Assembly: GCA_030608005.1 (NCBI GenBank)
Contig: JAUWIX010000001.1
Location: forward strand, 14,375 to 78,374
Direction: 5' to 3'
Length of the DNA stretch: 64,000 bases
Source: Dehalococcoidia bacterium
GTDB lineage: Bacteria; Chloroflexota; Dehalococcoidia; Dehalococcoidales; BS750m-G39
The position numbers and the translations under genes are program-made. Positions within the stretch are counted from its first letter, which is position 1; every line of letters starts with the position of its first letter. Shown here piece by piece: positions 1 through 9,455 of the stretch. The notes beneath the pieces were generated by a model. It ran no database searches and had not been told where the DNA came from. It worked only from the letters and a program-made list of their open reading frames with translations.

Positions 1-576
1 TTTGAGGAAAAGGGGGCATATACCGGGGAGATTTCGCCACTGATGCTGGCTGACCTTTGTGAATTTGTTATTATTGGACACTCCGAGCGCAGGCAGTATT
101 TCAATGAGACCGGAGAGATGATAGATAAAAAGGTCAAAGCGGCGCTGAAGGTTGGCCTGAAGCCCATTTTATGTATCGGAGAAAGATTGGAGGAAAATGA
201 GGCAGGAAGGACGGAAGAGGTATTAACCAAGCAACTAAGCTCGTCTTCAGACCGAATATATTATTTCAGTGGTTTGATTTTAGCCTATGAGCCGATTTGG
301 GCTATCGGCACTGGCAGGGCAGCTACCGGCGAGCAGGCAAATGAGACCATTGGTTTTATCCGCCAGTATATCTCCAAGCGATATGGTAAGAGGGTTGCCC
401 AGGATGTGTGCATTCTCTATGGCGGCAGTGTAACTGCTGACAATATTTCTGAGTTTATAAACCAACCTGAGATAGATGGTGCCCTTGTCGGGGGAGCAAG
501 TCTGAAGGCAGACCAGTTTTTAAGGATTGTCAAGCAAACCTCAGAAATCAAAGGTCATTTATCAGAAGAAGGTTGA
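1..576 (+). CDS. tpiA: triosephosphate isomerase, C-terminal part (5' end outside the window)
   Basis: Frame 1 is open from base 1 (FEEKGAYTGEISPLML...). TIM motifs are present: IIGHSERR, AYEPIWAIGTG, ILYGGSV. Confidence 0.92.
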   Translation, partial: FEEKGAYTGEISPLMLADLCEFVIIGHSERRQYFNETGEMIDKKVKAALKVGLKPILCIGERLEENEAGRTEEVLTKQLSSSSDRIYYFSGLILAYEPIWAIGTGRAATGEQANETIGFIRQYISKRYGKRVAQDVCILYGGSVTADNISEFINQPEIDGALVGGASLKADQFLRIVKQTSEIKGHLSEEG

Positions 577-610
577 ATGAGCTTTGCCTTTATAAGGATT
601 AAATGTTAGA

Positions 611-698
611 GGAGAGTCAAAGAGAGGCGAAACCTCTCTTACATAATCAATTCCCCTTCCCCTTATCAAGGGGAAGGGGATAAAGGGGATGGGGTTAC
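611..698 (+). repeat. composite intergenic repeat (hairpin A + spacer + hairpin B + G-rich tail), forward orientation
   Basis: Hairpin A is agagagg-cgaaa-cctctct (621-639). Hairpin B is ccccttcccc-ttatcaa-ggggaagggg (653-679). The tail is ataaaggggatggggttac. The same architecture recurs at 10 or more other loci. Confidence 0.85.
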
Positions 699-723
699 TA
701 ACTAAAACCCTAAAGGAGACTAA

Positions 724-915
724 ATGCCCTGGGGTAGACCACCCAAAATATTAACAAACGATATCTATTGCCCTTATTGTGCTAAAGAGGGCAAGAAGCA
801 AAAATTAGCTTGTGAAATCCATAGCTGGGCCTATCGGAAGTGGTGTAAGGGAAAGCAAGATGTCTCTGGCAGGTATGCAGTAAGAAGCTTCTTCGCAAAG
901 CCTAAGGAGAAGTAG
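724..915 (+). CDS. small basic Cys-rich hypothetical protein (possible zinc ribbon)
   Basis: 63-aa ORF with an AAGGAG Shine-Dalgarno 6 nt upstream of the ATG. It has CPYC...C...H/C spacing. I recognise no family. Confidence 0.45.
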   Translation: MPWGRPPKILTNDIYCPYCAKEGKKQKLACEIHSWAYRKWCKGKQDVSGRYAVRSFFAKPKEK

Positions 916-924
916 GGTTAGGAA

Positions 925-1845
925 ATGAATCGTCTAATGGCTATAGTTGGTCCTACCGGCGTGGGCAAGAGTAAGCTAGCTCTTCGCCTGGCTCAGGATT
1001 TTGATGGGGAGATAGTGAGCGCTGACAGCCGACAGGTCTATCGTTATATGGATATTGGCACCGCTAAACCCAGCCAGGAGGAGCTAGCCCTCGTCCCTCA
1101 TCACCTGATTGATATAGTCGCTCCTGATAAAGATTTTAGCCTGGCTCAATATCAACGGCTAGCCTACAGGGCTATTGAGGACATTCAACAGCGCCATAAG
1201 CTAGCCTTATTGGTGGGTGGCAGTGGACTGTATGTATGGTCGGTGTTGGAGGGCTGGGGGATACCGCAGGTGGCACCCGACACGGAATTCAGGCATAGTC
1301 TGGAGGAGAAGGCAGCCGAGGTGGGAAAGGATGAGCTTTATCAGGAGCTTGCCAGGGTTGACCCGGTTGCAGCGCGGAGGATTGACCCCCGCAATATGCG
1401 CCGCACGATAAGGGCTCTTGAGGTGTATAGAGGCGCAGAGGTTCCCTTTTCCCAGCTTCAGCGTAAAGAGGAGCCACCTTTCAATACCATGATAATAGGT
1501 TTAACCGCAGATAGGGCAGAACTATATCGTAGGATTGACTTGAGGGTTGATGAAATGATAAAGCGGGGTTTAGTTGACGAAGTTAAGAAGCTGGTGAACA
1601 GGGGCTATGATTTTAATCTGCCAGCTATGTCTGGCATAGGCTACAAGCAAATTGGCATGTTTCTTAGAGGCGAGCTAACCCTGGCTGCTGCCATACAGCA
1701 AATCAAGTTTGAAACCCACCGATTTATCAGGCACCAATATAGCTGGTTTCGGTTGAAAGATGATAGAATAAAGTGGTTTGATATACAGAGCAGGGTGGAT
1801 TCACAAATCATGGCGCCACTGACTAAGTTCATAGGTGGTGAGTAA
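925..1845 (+). CDS. miaA: tRNA dimethylallyltransferase
   Basis: P-loop GPTGVGKS is followed by SADSRQVYRYMDIGTAKP, typical of MiaA. Length is 306 aa. Confidence 0.93.
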   Translation: MNRLMAIVGPTGVGKSKLALRLAQDFDGEIVSADSRQVYRYMDIGTAKPSQEELALVPHHLIDIVAPDKDFSLAQYQRLAYRAIEDIQQRHKLALLVGGSGLYVWSVLEGWGIPQVAPDTEFRHSLEEKAAEVGKDELYQELARVDPVAARRIDPRNMRRTIRALEVYRGAEVPFSQLQRKEEPPFNTMIIGLTADRAELYRRIDLRVDEMIKRGLVDEVKKLVNRGYDFNLPAMSGIGYKQIGMFLRGELTLAAAIQQIKFETHRFIRHQYSWFRLKDDRIKWFDIQSRVDSQIMAPLTKFIGGE

Positions 1846-2065
1846 GTTAATGCGGTTGTTTAAATATTTTAAGAAGAAAAAGATTAGAGCAGAAGATATA
1901 TTTGATCCTAAAGCAAAGGGGAAACATCCCAGTAAACCTATTTATAGAGAGGTAGTCCTTAAACCCAGTGATAAAGAATGCCCAAAATGTCATTCTCATT
2001 TGATTAGACCTGCAGGATATGGAGATAGATTGGAATGCCAAAATTGCGGTCATATATTTTCATGA
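1835..2065 (+). CDS. small zinc-ribbon protein (hypothetical)
   Basis: CPKC-x17-CQNC zinc-ribbon spacing with a lysine-rich N-terminus. The GTG at 1835 overlaps the miaA end. The ATG at 1850 (MRLFKYF) is an equally plausible start. Confidence 0.5.
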   Translation: MVSKLMRLFKYFKKKKIRAEDIFDPKAKGKHPSKPIYREVVLKPSDKECPKCHSHLIRPAGYGDRLECQNCGHIFS

Positions 2066-2108
2066 TAAGAAAGATATTTAATTAGGCGAGTATTCTTGCA
2101 AGGAAGTT

Positions 2109-2224
2109 TTAGAGGGGTACAGTCCCGCTAAAGAAATTATCTTCCCCTTAACAAGGGGAAGGGGATAAAGCAGGTTCCCAGGAAAATCAAAGATTTTTCT
2201 GGGTGCATAAAGGGGATAGGGTTC
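2109..2224 (+). repeat. composite intergenic repeat, forward, with an extra inserted hairpin
   Basis: Hairpin B is cttcccc-ttaacaa-ggggaag (2141-2162). An extra inverted repeat cccaggaaaatc/gatttttctggg lies at 2177-2203. The tail ataaaggggatagggttc ends 3 nt before the dapF ATG. Confidence 0.75.
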
Positions 2225-2227
2225 AAT

Positions 2228-3103
2228 ATGAATTTTACCAAGGTACAGGGTGCAGGAAACGATTTTATACTGGTAGAGGGCGGTGAAGCACAGCGTGATT
2301 GGTCGCAGGTGGCGATAGCTATGTGCGACCGCCACTTCGGCGTTGGCGCCGACGGTTTGCTACTGGTGCTGCCCTCAAATAATGCTGACTTCCAGATGCG
2401 GGTGTTCAACTCTGATGGCTCCGAGGCTGAGGCTTGTGGCAATGGTTTGAGGTGCTTGGTTAAATATGTTTTACATAAGGGATTGGCTGATAGTAAGGCT
2501 CAACAAATATCAGTTGAAATGATATCGGGGGTGAGGAGTGCCAAGCTTCATACAGTGGAAGGCAAGGTAGCTACGATTCAGATCGGTATGGGAGAACCAA
2601 AATTTGGAGCTGAGGATATTCCAGTAGCGGTAGAGCAGGGTGGAAGTCTAGTTGACATAAAGCCAATAATGGATTATCCAGTTATTGTAGATGGCAGAGA
2701 GCTACTGCTGAACATTGTCTCCATAGGGAATCCGCATGCAGTTTATTTCTGGCAGCACCCGGTATCTGATTTCCCATTGTCCCAATTGGGACCAAAAGTG
2801 GAGGGGCATAAGATATTTCCCAATAAGGTGAATTTTGAGGTAGCTAGGGTGGTGAGCCGAGAGCAAATAGAAGCGCGGGTGTGGGAGAAGGGGGTGGGGG
2901 AAACATTGGCTTGCGGCAGTGGTGCCTGCGCCATAGCTGTTTTAGCCCAGCTCCATGATTATATCCGCAGTAAAGTTGCCATAAAATTACCAGGAGGTAT
3001 ACTGGGTGTGGAGTGGGATGGGGCAGGGGAAGTATTCCTCAGCGGTCCAGCCGAAATAGTATTTAGTGGAGAATGGCCAGATGAAAATGTCAAGACGGGT
3101 TGA
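2228..3103 (+). CDS. dapF: diaminopimelate epimerase
   Basis: N-terminal FTKVQGAGNDFILV and the two catalytic Cys contexts (EACGNG, LACGSGA) are present. Length is 291 aa. Confidence 0.92.
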   Translation: MNFTKVQGAGNDFILVEGGEAQRDWSQVAIAMCDRHFGVGADGLLLVLPSNNADFQMRVFNSDGSEAEACGNGLRCLVKYVLHKGLADSKAQQISVEMISGVRSAKLHTVEGKVATIQIGMGEPKFGAEDIPVAVEQGGSLVDIKPIMDYPVIVDGRELLLNIVSIGNPHAVYFWQHPVSDFPLSQLGPKVEGHKIFPNKVNFEVARVVSREQIEARVWEKGVGETLACGSGACAIAVLAQLHDYIRSKVAIKLPGGILGVEWDGAGEVFLSGPAEIVFSGEWPDENVKTG

Positions 3104-4277
3104 ACATTTGCCCCCTTATCTTTTTGTGGAGATTAGTAAGAAGATTGCCGAGAAAAAGGCTAAGGGTGAGGATATAGTTAGCTTTGGTATAGGCGACCCT
3201 GATATTCCCACACCACCTCACATAATTGATAGGCTATGTCAGGCAGCAAAAGACCCGGCTAATCACCGTTATCCTGAGACTGAGGGTCTGCCTGAATTGC
3301 GCCGGGCTATAGCTGGGTGGTATGAAAGGCGCTTTGGTGTTTCCCTTGACGCTGACAAAGAGGTATTACCCCTCATTGGCTCAAAGGAAGGCATTGCCCA
3401 CATTGCCTTGTGCTTTATTGACTACAGGGATATTGCCCTGATACCTGACCCGGCATATCCCGTTTATTCAATAAGCACCATGTTAGCCGGTGGTAACCCT
3501 TACTATCTGCCACTTATTGAAGAGAACGATTTTCTGCCTGATTTAGATGCCATACCTGCTTATGTCCTAAAAAGTGCCAAGTTATTGTGGATAAGCTATC
3601 CTAATAACCCTACCGGCGCAGTGGCTGACCTCGATTTTTTCAACAGGGTAGTGGAATTCGCTCGGCATCACGACCTAGCTGTCTGTCATGATGGACCGTA
3701 TTCAGAGGTCGCCTTTGATGGCTATCAGCCAGTTAGCTTCATGCAGGCAGAAGGGGCTAAGGAAGTAGGGGTGGAGTTTCACTCCCTGTCTAAAACCTAT
3801 AATATGACCGGGTGGCGAATAGGAATGGTGGTGGGTAACGCTGCCATGGTAGATGCTCTAAAGAGGATTAAGTCAAACTTAGATTCAGGAATTCCGCAGG
3901 CTATTCAATGTGCTGCCATTGAGGCTTTGACTGGTTCCCAAGATTGCATCCAGGAGCACAACGCTATTTATCAAAGACGCCGTGATTTGGTCGTTGATGT
4001 GCTAAATAATATCGGTCTTAAAGCCCAGCCTCCGAAGGCAGGTCTATATATATGGGCTAAGATTCCTGAAGGCTATACCTCTGTGGACTTTGCTACCGAT
4101 TTGTTGGAAAGGGTTGGGGTGGTGGTTACTCCAGGGGTAGGCTATGGCAAGCACGGCGAGGGTTATATACGGTTGTCGCTAACTATCCCGGATGCAGGGC
4201 TGGTGAAAGGTTTATCGCGATTGTCAGCCTGGCGTGATACTAGAAGAAGACTAAAACCGGGAATTGACTTTACATAA
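3066..4277 (+). CDS. dapL: LL-diaminopimelate aminotransferase-like class I/II aminotransferase
   Basis: PPYLF...FGIGDPD N-terminus and SLSKTYNMTGWRIG PLP-lysine motif. It sits next to dapF. The true start is probably the ATG at 3081 or 3087 (MKMSRR). Confidence 0.7.
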   Translation: MENGQMKMSRRVEHLPPYLFVEISKKIAEKKAKGEDIVSFGIGDPDIPTPPHIIDRLCQAAKDPANHRYPETEGLPELRRAIAGWYERRFGVSLDADKEVLPLIGSKEGIAHIALCFIDYRDIALIPDPAYPVYSISTMLAGGNPYYLPLIEENDFLPDLDAIPAYVLKSAKLLWISYPNNPTGAVADLDFFNRVVEFARHHDLAVCHDGPYSEVAFDGYQPVSFMQAEGAKEVGVEFHSLSKTYNMTGWRIGMVVGNAAMVDALKRIKSNLDSGIPQAIQCAAIEALTGSQDCIQEHNAIYQRRRDLVVDVLNNIGLKAQPPKAGLYIWAKIPEGYTSVDFATDLLERVGVVVTPGVGYGKHGEGYIRLSLTIPDAGLVKGLSRLSAWRDTRRRLKPGIDFT

Positions 4278-4382
4278 CGATAAGGGGGCATTATTACTAG
4301 AGGAACAATCGTTACCCAGGTATCGCCAGAACGAGCATTCTTAGTAGCTGTAGCCACCAGAGGAGGTACCGATAGCTGGTCA

Positions 4383-5453
4383 GTGGAGGATTCGATAGAT
4401 GAGCTGGCTCAGTTAGCAGGCACGGCTGGGGCAGAGGTGGTTGGGAAACTCATACAGCGATTACCCAGAGCATCAAGAACACACTATTTGGGCAGAGGCA
4501 AACTGACAGAACTACTGTTGCTAAAGGATAGCACCAAGTATAATGTAGCGATTTTTGACGACGAGCTTTCGCCACTTCAGCAGCGAAATCTAGAGGAAGC
4601 CCTTCAGGTAAAGGTGATTGACCGGGTAGCCTTGATTTTGGATATTTTTACCAAGCGGGCTAGAACCCGTGAGGGTCAATTGCAGGTAGAGCTGGCTCAG
4701 CATCAATACCTTTTCCCTCGTCTTGCCGGACAGTGGAGTCATCTGGAAAGGCTTGGCGGTGGCATTGGCACCAGAGGTCCCGGTGAAACCCAGCTTGAGA
4801 CTGATAAGCGCCTTATTCGGCGCAGGATACATCGTCTGAAGGCACAGATTGACGACATAAGAAAGCATCGTCAGCTATATCGTCAACAGCGCAGGAAAAC
4901 CGGTATCCCTATAGTTGCCATTGTGGGTTATACTAATTCTGGCAAAAGCACCTTACTGAATGCTCTCAGTCATGCCGATGTCTTTGTCGAGGACAAGCTG
5001 TTTGCCACTTTGGACCCAATCACCAGGCGGTTAACCCTTCCTGATAGAAGTGCGGTCTTATTAACCGATACTGTTGGCTTTATCAGGAAGTTACCGCCCA
5101 CCATTGTAACTGCATTTAAAGCAACCCTTGAGGAGTTAGCCGAAGCCAGTGTGCTCCTCCATGTGGTTGACTTAACTTGTCATAACGCTGCAGAACAGTG
5201 CCAAATAGTAGAGGATATTCTTGCTGACCTCAACCTCATGGACAAGCCTCGGATTACGGCGCTAAATAAGATTGATTCGTTACTGGATGATAGCCAGAGT
5301 TGGAGTGAGGAGACAGCCCTAAATTATGTTTCTGACCAGAGTGAAGCAGTTGAAAAGAATACTGTACTAATTTCAGCCACCAAGAAGTGGGGACTAACTA
5401 AACTCCTGGAGCTAATCAGCCGGACGCTAAGCCCCACAATGCAGCCGGTCTAA
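4383..5453 (+). CDS. hflX: GTPase HflX (the real start is probably upstream of the first canonical start codon)
   Basis: HflX motifs are present: LILDIFTKRARTREGQLQVELAQ, GPGETQLE, and G1 GYTNSGKST followed by DTVGF. The conserved N-terminal domain continues in frame upstream to 4284. Confidence 0.9.
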   Translation: MEDSIDELAQLAGTAGAEVVGKLIQRLPRASRTHYLGRGKLTELLLLKDSTKYNVAIFDDELSPLQQRNLEEALQVKVIDRVALILDIFTKRARTREGQLQVELAQHQYLFPRLAGQWSHLERLGGGIGTRGPGETQLETDKRLIRRRIHRLKAQIDDIRKHRQLYRQQRRKTGIPIVAIVGYTNSGKSTLLNALSHADVFVEDKLFATLDPITRRLTLPDRSAVLLTDTVGFIRKLPPTIVTAFKATLEELAEASVLLHVVDLTCHNAAEQCQIVEDILADLNLMDKPRITALNKIDSLLDDSQSWSEETALNYVSDQSEAVEKNTVLISATKKWGLTKLLELISRTLSPTMQPV

Positions 5454-5573
5454 AGAGACGCTCTCAAATCAAAATCTAGGGGCATAAAAATTCTTCTGAA
5501 TGGTTCTATTACCTTTATAAGCGATAAGAGACAATTAGCCCCATATTTTTGCCCTTGGTTTTTTTATTTTTAA

Positions 5574-5662
5574 GGGAACCCACCCCCTTAATCCCCCTCC
5601 CTTGATAAGGGAGGGGGAGAGTTTTTTAAGAAGAGGGGGCTAGCGCCCCCTCTTAAACACCC
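5574..5662. repeat. intergenic repeat (reverse tail + hairpin B, followed by a palindromic hairpin A module)
   Basis: The reverse tail ggaacccacccccttaat is followed by ccccctccc-ttgataa-gggaggggg. After that comes aagaggggg-ctagc-gccccctctt plus aaacaccc. Confidence 0.8.
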
Positions 5663-5710
5663 GGTTGGCATAGGCAGGTTATAATTTAACATAACACTCT
5701 GTGATTTAAG

Positions 5711-6373
5711 TTGCTTCTTGTTTCTTGGAGCAAGCATAGATATAATGTTGCTATGATACTTGAATGGCTTACTAAGCATCGGCGCTGGGTTATAACAGGC
5801 TGCGTTATTATTCTTATTTTCACAATACTTGTCGAGGTCTTTAGGTCATATTTTTGGGCTAGCTCCATTCTTGACTACTTCCAGCATTGGTCGCTAGCTC
5901 TTAGTGCTGGGGCAACGCTTGCTCTCGCTTATATAGCCTATATTTCGATTTTAGAGAATCGTCGTATACGAGAAGAAGAGAGAGAAAGGGCTATCAAAAC
6001 AAGAGCATTAGCGATAGTCCGCAATTGGGTATTTGACTCGCTGGAATTAATCACACTAAATGCACAGTATACGGATGAGCATCGAAGAGAGGAATTTGAT
6101 TTCGGAAGGCATATTTTATATAAAATTCAGGACGCTAAAACGGAGCTATTAAGGAAAACGGAAGAGGTACTTCATTCAGCGACATTGTTTGGGCCCCAGT
6201 TCTTTTCTTTAGTTGATGAAGGCTTTAACACACTTAAAGGGTTCATCGAGCAAGGGATGGCTGAAAACCCCAATATAACTGAACAATACAAGAAGAGCTT
6301 TGGGTTGCTGTTCGCGAACATTCTTAAGGCGATCAGGGAAACTGAGGACAGCGAACTAAACCTTAGAACCTAA
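5711..6373 (+). CDS. hypothetical membrane-anchored protein in an AT-rich island
   Basis: 220-aa ORF with two hydrophobic N-terminal segments and then a charged helical region. I recognise no family. The start is uncertain (TTG 5711 or ATG 5753). Confidence 0.45.
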   Translation: MLLVSWSKHRYNVAMILEWLTKHRRWVITGCVIILIFTILVEVFRSYFWASSILDYFQHWSLALSAGATLALAYIAYISILENRRIREEERERAIKTRALAIVRNWVFDSLELITLNAQYTDEHRREEFDFGRHILYKIQDAKTELLRKTEEVLHSATLFGPQFFSLVDEGFNTLKGFIEQGMAENPNITEQYKKSFGLLFANILKAIRETEDSELNLRT

Positions 6374-6670
6374 TTTAGCGTGCTAGACTGTAAAGATTAT
6401 GTAAATTATTGCAATATTGTACAATTTGGGACGCACTATAGCTGTTATGTAAGATAAATAGCTTTTTATATCTATTTCTGCCATATCCATCTCTGCTTTG
6501 CTAAGAAGGCTCTGTCCTTTTGTTTATTGCAGGTTTACCGATTTCCGCACAATCATTCTCATTCCATACCTAATCATGAGAGTTCCTGAGCTTTGCCGCA
6601 AAGACTAACTTAACCATAATCAATCACATAAGTTGGGAAATTGTTTTATGTCAACTCCCCTACTATAAAG

Positions 6671-6696
6671 GGGGGCTGGTCTTTAGACCAGCCCCC
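6671..6696 (-). terminator. GC-rich hairpin, probable terminator downstream of tRNA-Met
   Basis: Perfect 11-bp stem gggggctggtc/gaccagccccc with a 4-nt loop. On the minus strand it is followed by CTTTAT. It lies 67 nt beyond the tRNA 3' end. Confidence 0.45.
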
Positions 6697-6762
6697 ATAC
6701 AGTCAAATTATATTTTCTCCGCTTTCAGTCTAAGCCTCTCACCTTTATGCTTACAAAGTAAG

Positions 6763-6834
<72 letters not shown>

Positions 6835-6921
6835 CTGAAGGAGAAACCAACCCGCCCTAATCAGCTTTTAGGAATCGCCTAGCCACAGCCCAGCAGATGC
6901 CTGCTTCCCCTCTGAGAATAA

Positions 6922-6950
6922 ATTATACTACTCCTGGTCTCGCTTAACAA
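6922..6950 (-). promoter_or_regulatory. sigma70-like promoter upstream of tRNA-Met
   Basis: The minus strand reads TTGTTA-N17-TATAAT (taacaa at 6945-6950, attata at 6922-6927). It lies about 90 nt upstream of the tRNA 5' end. Confidence 0.5.
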
Positions 6951-6961
6951 GAGCAGAGCAG

Positions 6962-7648
6962 TTAGCAGGAAAACCAACAGCCTTCCCTCAACAATCTGAC
7001 TAACTTCCAGGTGATGATTTCACAAAGCACAGTTATATCATAGGTGGAGAGGTAATCAGGGATGGTGGCATCAAATAGTATATCCCCTCCAGGGTCAAAC
7101 TCCTCATCGCCTCGCCACAGGACTAGAGTTATAGGTACCCGGCTGAAGGCGTTAATAATTACTGCTACATCACCATAATCAACTTTATGACCGCCTAATT
7201 TTCCAGCGGCATCTATCAGAAGATGAGGCTGTTTGCCAAAATGGTCTATAAGAGGCTCTATTGCCCTCTTGGAAAATGTCCGGGAATAGTTAGCCCCTCC
7301 TGGAAGTTCCTTGAAAGCGACAAGTTTATTGGTGATAGGGATACCCTTTGCCGAGATTAAATAGTGAAGAATCAGAATCTTATCCCTTATCGGGACCTCT
7401 TCCTCACTATCCATCAACGAAATCTCAATATCAGGGAGGACGATTTGATACCACTGGTTTAAGTATTCAATGATAATTACCTTCTGAGAATCTATTACCA
7501 GGTATCTAGCGCCGCTTTTGAGGCATTGTTGCTCTACATCATCGACCTTGGCCAACTGCTCGCCGGCAAGCTCATAGGCAAGCTTATAGCCATATTCATA
7601 ATTCTTTTGATTGAGCAATGGACTATTTTTCATCCTTAGACACAACAC
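6962..7648 (-). CDS. DUF3786-like protein, last gene of the Wood-Ljungdahl operon
   Basis: The pattern ILILHYL...FKELPGGANY...F..RAIEPL...GD.EF...ILFD resembles DUF3786 as I recall it. The start is GTG 7648 or ATG 7633. Confidence 0.5.
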   Translation of the reverse strand: MLCLRMKNSPLLNQKNYEYGYKLAYELAGEQLAKVDDVEQQCLKSGARYLVIDSQKVIIIEYLNQWYQIVLPDIEISLMDSEEEVPIRDKILILHYLISAKGIPITNKLVAFKELPGGANYSRTFSKRAIEPLIDHFGKQPHLLIDAAGKLGGHKVDYGDVAVIINAFSRVPITLVLWRGDEEFDPGGDILFDATIPDYLSTYDITVLCEIITWKLVRLLREGCWFSC

Positions 7649-7653
7649 TCGGG

Positions 7654-8544
7654 CTAACGCTTTATTTTATTTAAGATCTCCCGTGTCGGGTCAACCTTGT
7701 TCAATGTGTAGAAATGTAGTCCTGGTGCCCCCCCTTCAAGTAGCTCATTACACTGCTCAACGGCAAACTCGACACCAATCTTATAAGTAGCTTCATCATT
7801 ACCATCCAGCGGTTTAAATATATGGTGAACTCGCTGAGGGATAGTAGCTCCACAGGTATTACAAAACCTGAGTAATTGTTGGTAATTGGTTATCGGTAAA
7901 ATCCCAGGAAGGACTCGCACCGTAACACCTATCTTTCTTATCCTTTCTAAATATTCAAAATAGTCCTTGTTGTCAAAGAAAAGCTGTGTTACCACAAATT
8001 CGCCACCGACATCAATCTTAATCTTCAGGTATTTTGAGTCGGTTTCTTTGTCAGGGCAGTCAATATGTCCTTCCGGGAAGCCGGCGACGCCTATACTAAA
8101 GAAGTCACCATAGGAGCGGATAAGCTCAATAAGCTGGTAACAATAAGTAAATCCGCCGGGGGTAGGTTCCCAATGCTCCTTACCCTCAGGCGGGTCGCCG
8201 CGCAAGGCAAGAATATTACGGATATTCCTCTCCTTCATCTCCTCAAGTATGGCTTTTAGCTCAGCCTTACTATGTCCCACACAAGTAAGATGATGCATTG
8301 TTGGGATTTGAAAGCGCTGTTGCAGGTCATCAACAATATCCATGGTAAGCTCCCTAGTAGAGCCTCCCGCACCATAGGTTACGGTGAACCAATCCGGCTC
8401 CAGTTCCTTGAGGGTAGCTGCAGTTTCAGGAAGTTTCTGCTTCCCCTTTTCCGTTTTTGGTGGAAAGAACTCAAACGAGTAGGTTTGCTCCTTCTCCTTC
8501 AAAATATCTGATATCCTTCTTATCATTTTACCCCCGCTTTCCAT
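7654..8544 (-). CDS. metF: 5,10-methylenetetrahydrofolate reductase
   Basis: MetF-type motifs are present: YSFEFFPPKT, TVTYGAGGST, HLTCVG. The likely start is ATG 8526 (MIRR), preceded by GGGGGT. Confidence 0.88.
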   Translation of the reverse strand: MESGGKMIRRISDILKEKEQTYSFEFFPPKTEKGKQKLPETAATLKELEPDWFTVTYGAGGSTRELTMDIVDDLQQRFQIPTMHHLTCVGHSKAELKAILEEMKERNIRNILALRGDPPEGKEHWEPTPGGFTYCYQLIELIRSYGDFFSIGVAGFPEGHIDCPDKETDSKYLKIKIDVGGEFVVTQLFFDNKDYFEYLERIRKIGVTVRVLPGILPITNYQQLLRFCNTCGATIPQRVHHIFKPLDGNDEATYKIGVEFAVEQCNELLEGGAPGLHFYTLNKVDPTREILNKIKR

Positions 8545-8570
8545 TGTTATTTTAATGAAGTTAGCCAGAA

Positions 8571-9446
8571 CTATACCTCAAGCCAGGAATGAGAATAGAG
8601 GGTTTCACCGGTAATAACCCTGACCGTTTTCACATACTTTGTCTCCTCCTCACTTAAAGAGGAGGGGTCGGGTTTCTCGCCATCCATCACCCGTTCCACC
8701 AGGTCAACCAGTTCAGGCCTCTCGCCTCTGGCTATCCGAACCAACTCAGGGTCAAAGGCATCAACTATAGCTGAATATAGCCCATACTTCATAAGCATTA
8801 TCATATAAGTCCGATTAAGATAGGGTCTGAGGTGGGTAGGAGCACCATTAGAGACATTAGAAAGACCTACAGTAGATTTACATCCGGGGGCAATATCTTG
8901 GAGCATGCTCATAAACTCCAGACATGGTTTGGCCTGGTTTGACTCGATATTAACCACCGGGGTAACTATAGGGTCGAACCAGATATCCTCATTAGGGATG
9001 CCCAACTCGTTGGCTTTATACATGAGCTCAACGGCAATAACACCCCTTTCGGCTGCATCGCGAGGCATTCCCTCCCTCCCCCAGAGTAGTCCAACCATTT
9101 CAGCATTGTATTTTTTGGCTAGAGGTAGTTCCTCATCCATCCTGGCTAAGGAGATAGAGTTAATCAGCGCCCTGTCCTTATGCACCTTCAGCCCAGCCTC
9201 CATAGCCACCGGGTTGGTGGTATCCAGAGACAGCGATTTATCGGTAACCCCCTGCACTGTCTTCACCACCCACTCCATTAACTCATCTCCTGCCTTCCTG
9301 GCGGGACCAATGTTAAGGTCAAGATAATCAACACCAGCCTCAGCCTCGGCTTTAGCCAGTTCCTGGATGGGCTTGGGGTTCCTCTCCTTAAGAGCCGGAC
9401 CGATGGTTTTTGACATTATATTTAGATTTTCGCCAATGAGGACCAT
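8571..9446 (-). CDS. acsE: methyltetrahydrofolate:corrinoid/iron-sulfur protein methyltransferase
   Basis: Pterin-binding-domain start IGENLN...YLDLNIGP. It is adjacent to acsC. Length is 291 aa. Confidence 0.85.
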   Translation of the reverse strand: MVLIGENLNIMSKTIGPALKERNPKPIQELAKAEAEAGVDYLDLNIGPARKAGDELMEWVVKTVQGVTDKSLSLDTTNPVAMEAGLKVHKDRALINSISLARMDEELPLAKKYNAEMVGLLWGREGMPRDAAERGVIAVELMYKANELGIPNEDIWFDPIVTPVVNIESNQAKPCLEFMSMLQDIAPGCKSTVGLSNVSNGAPTHLRPYLNRTYMIMLMKYGLYSAIVDAFDPELVRIARGERPELVDLVERVMDGEKPDPSSLSEEETKYVKTVRVITGETLYSHSWLEV

Positions 9447-9455
9447 CTTTCCCCC

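Noticed and set aside
5670-5690. A possible att-like direct repeat of the tRNA-Met 3' end (ggcaggtt versus ggcaggattcgaa) at the far side of the AT-rich island.
   Set aside because: Only 8-9 nt match, which is well within chance for this length. No integrase is present, so it is insufficient to define island boundaries.
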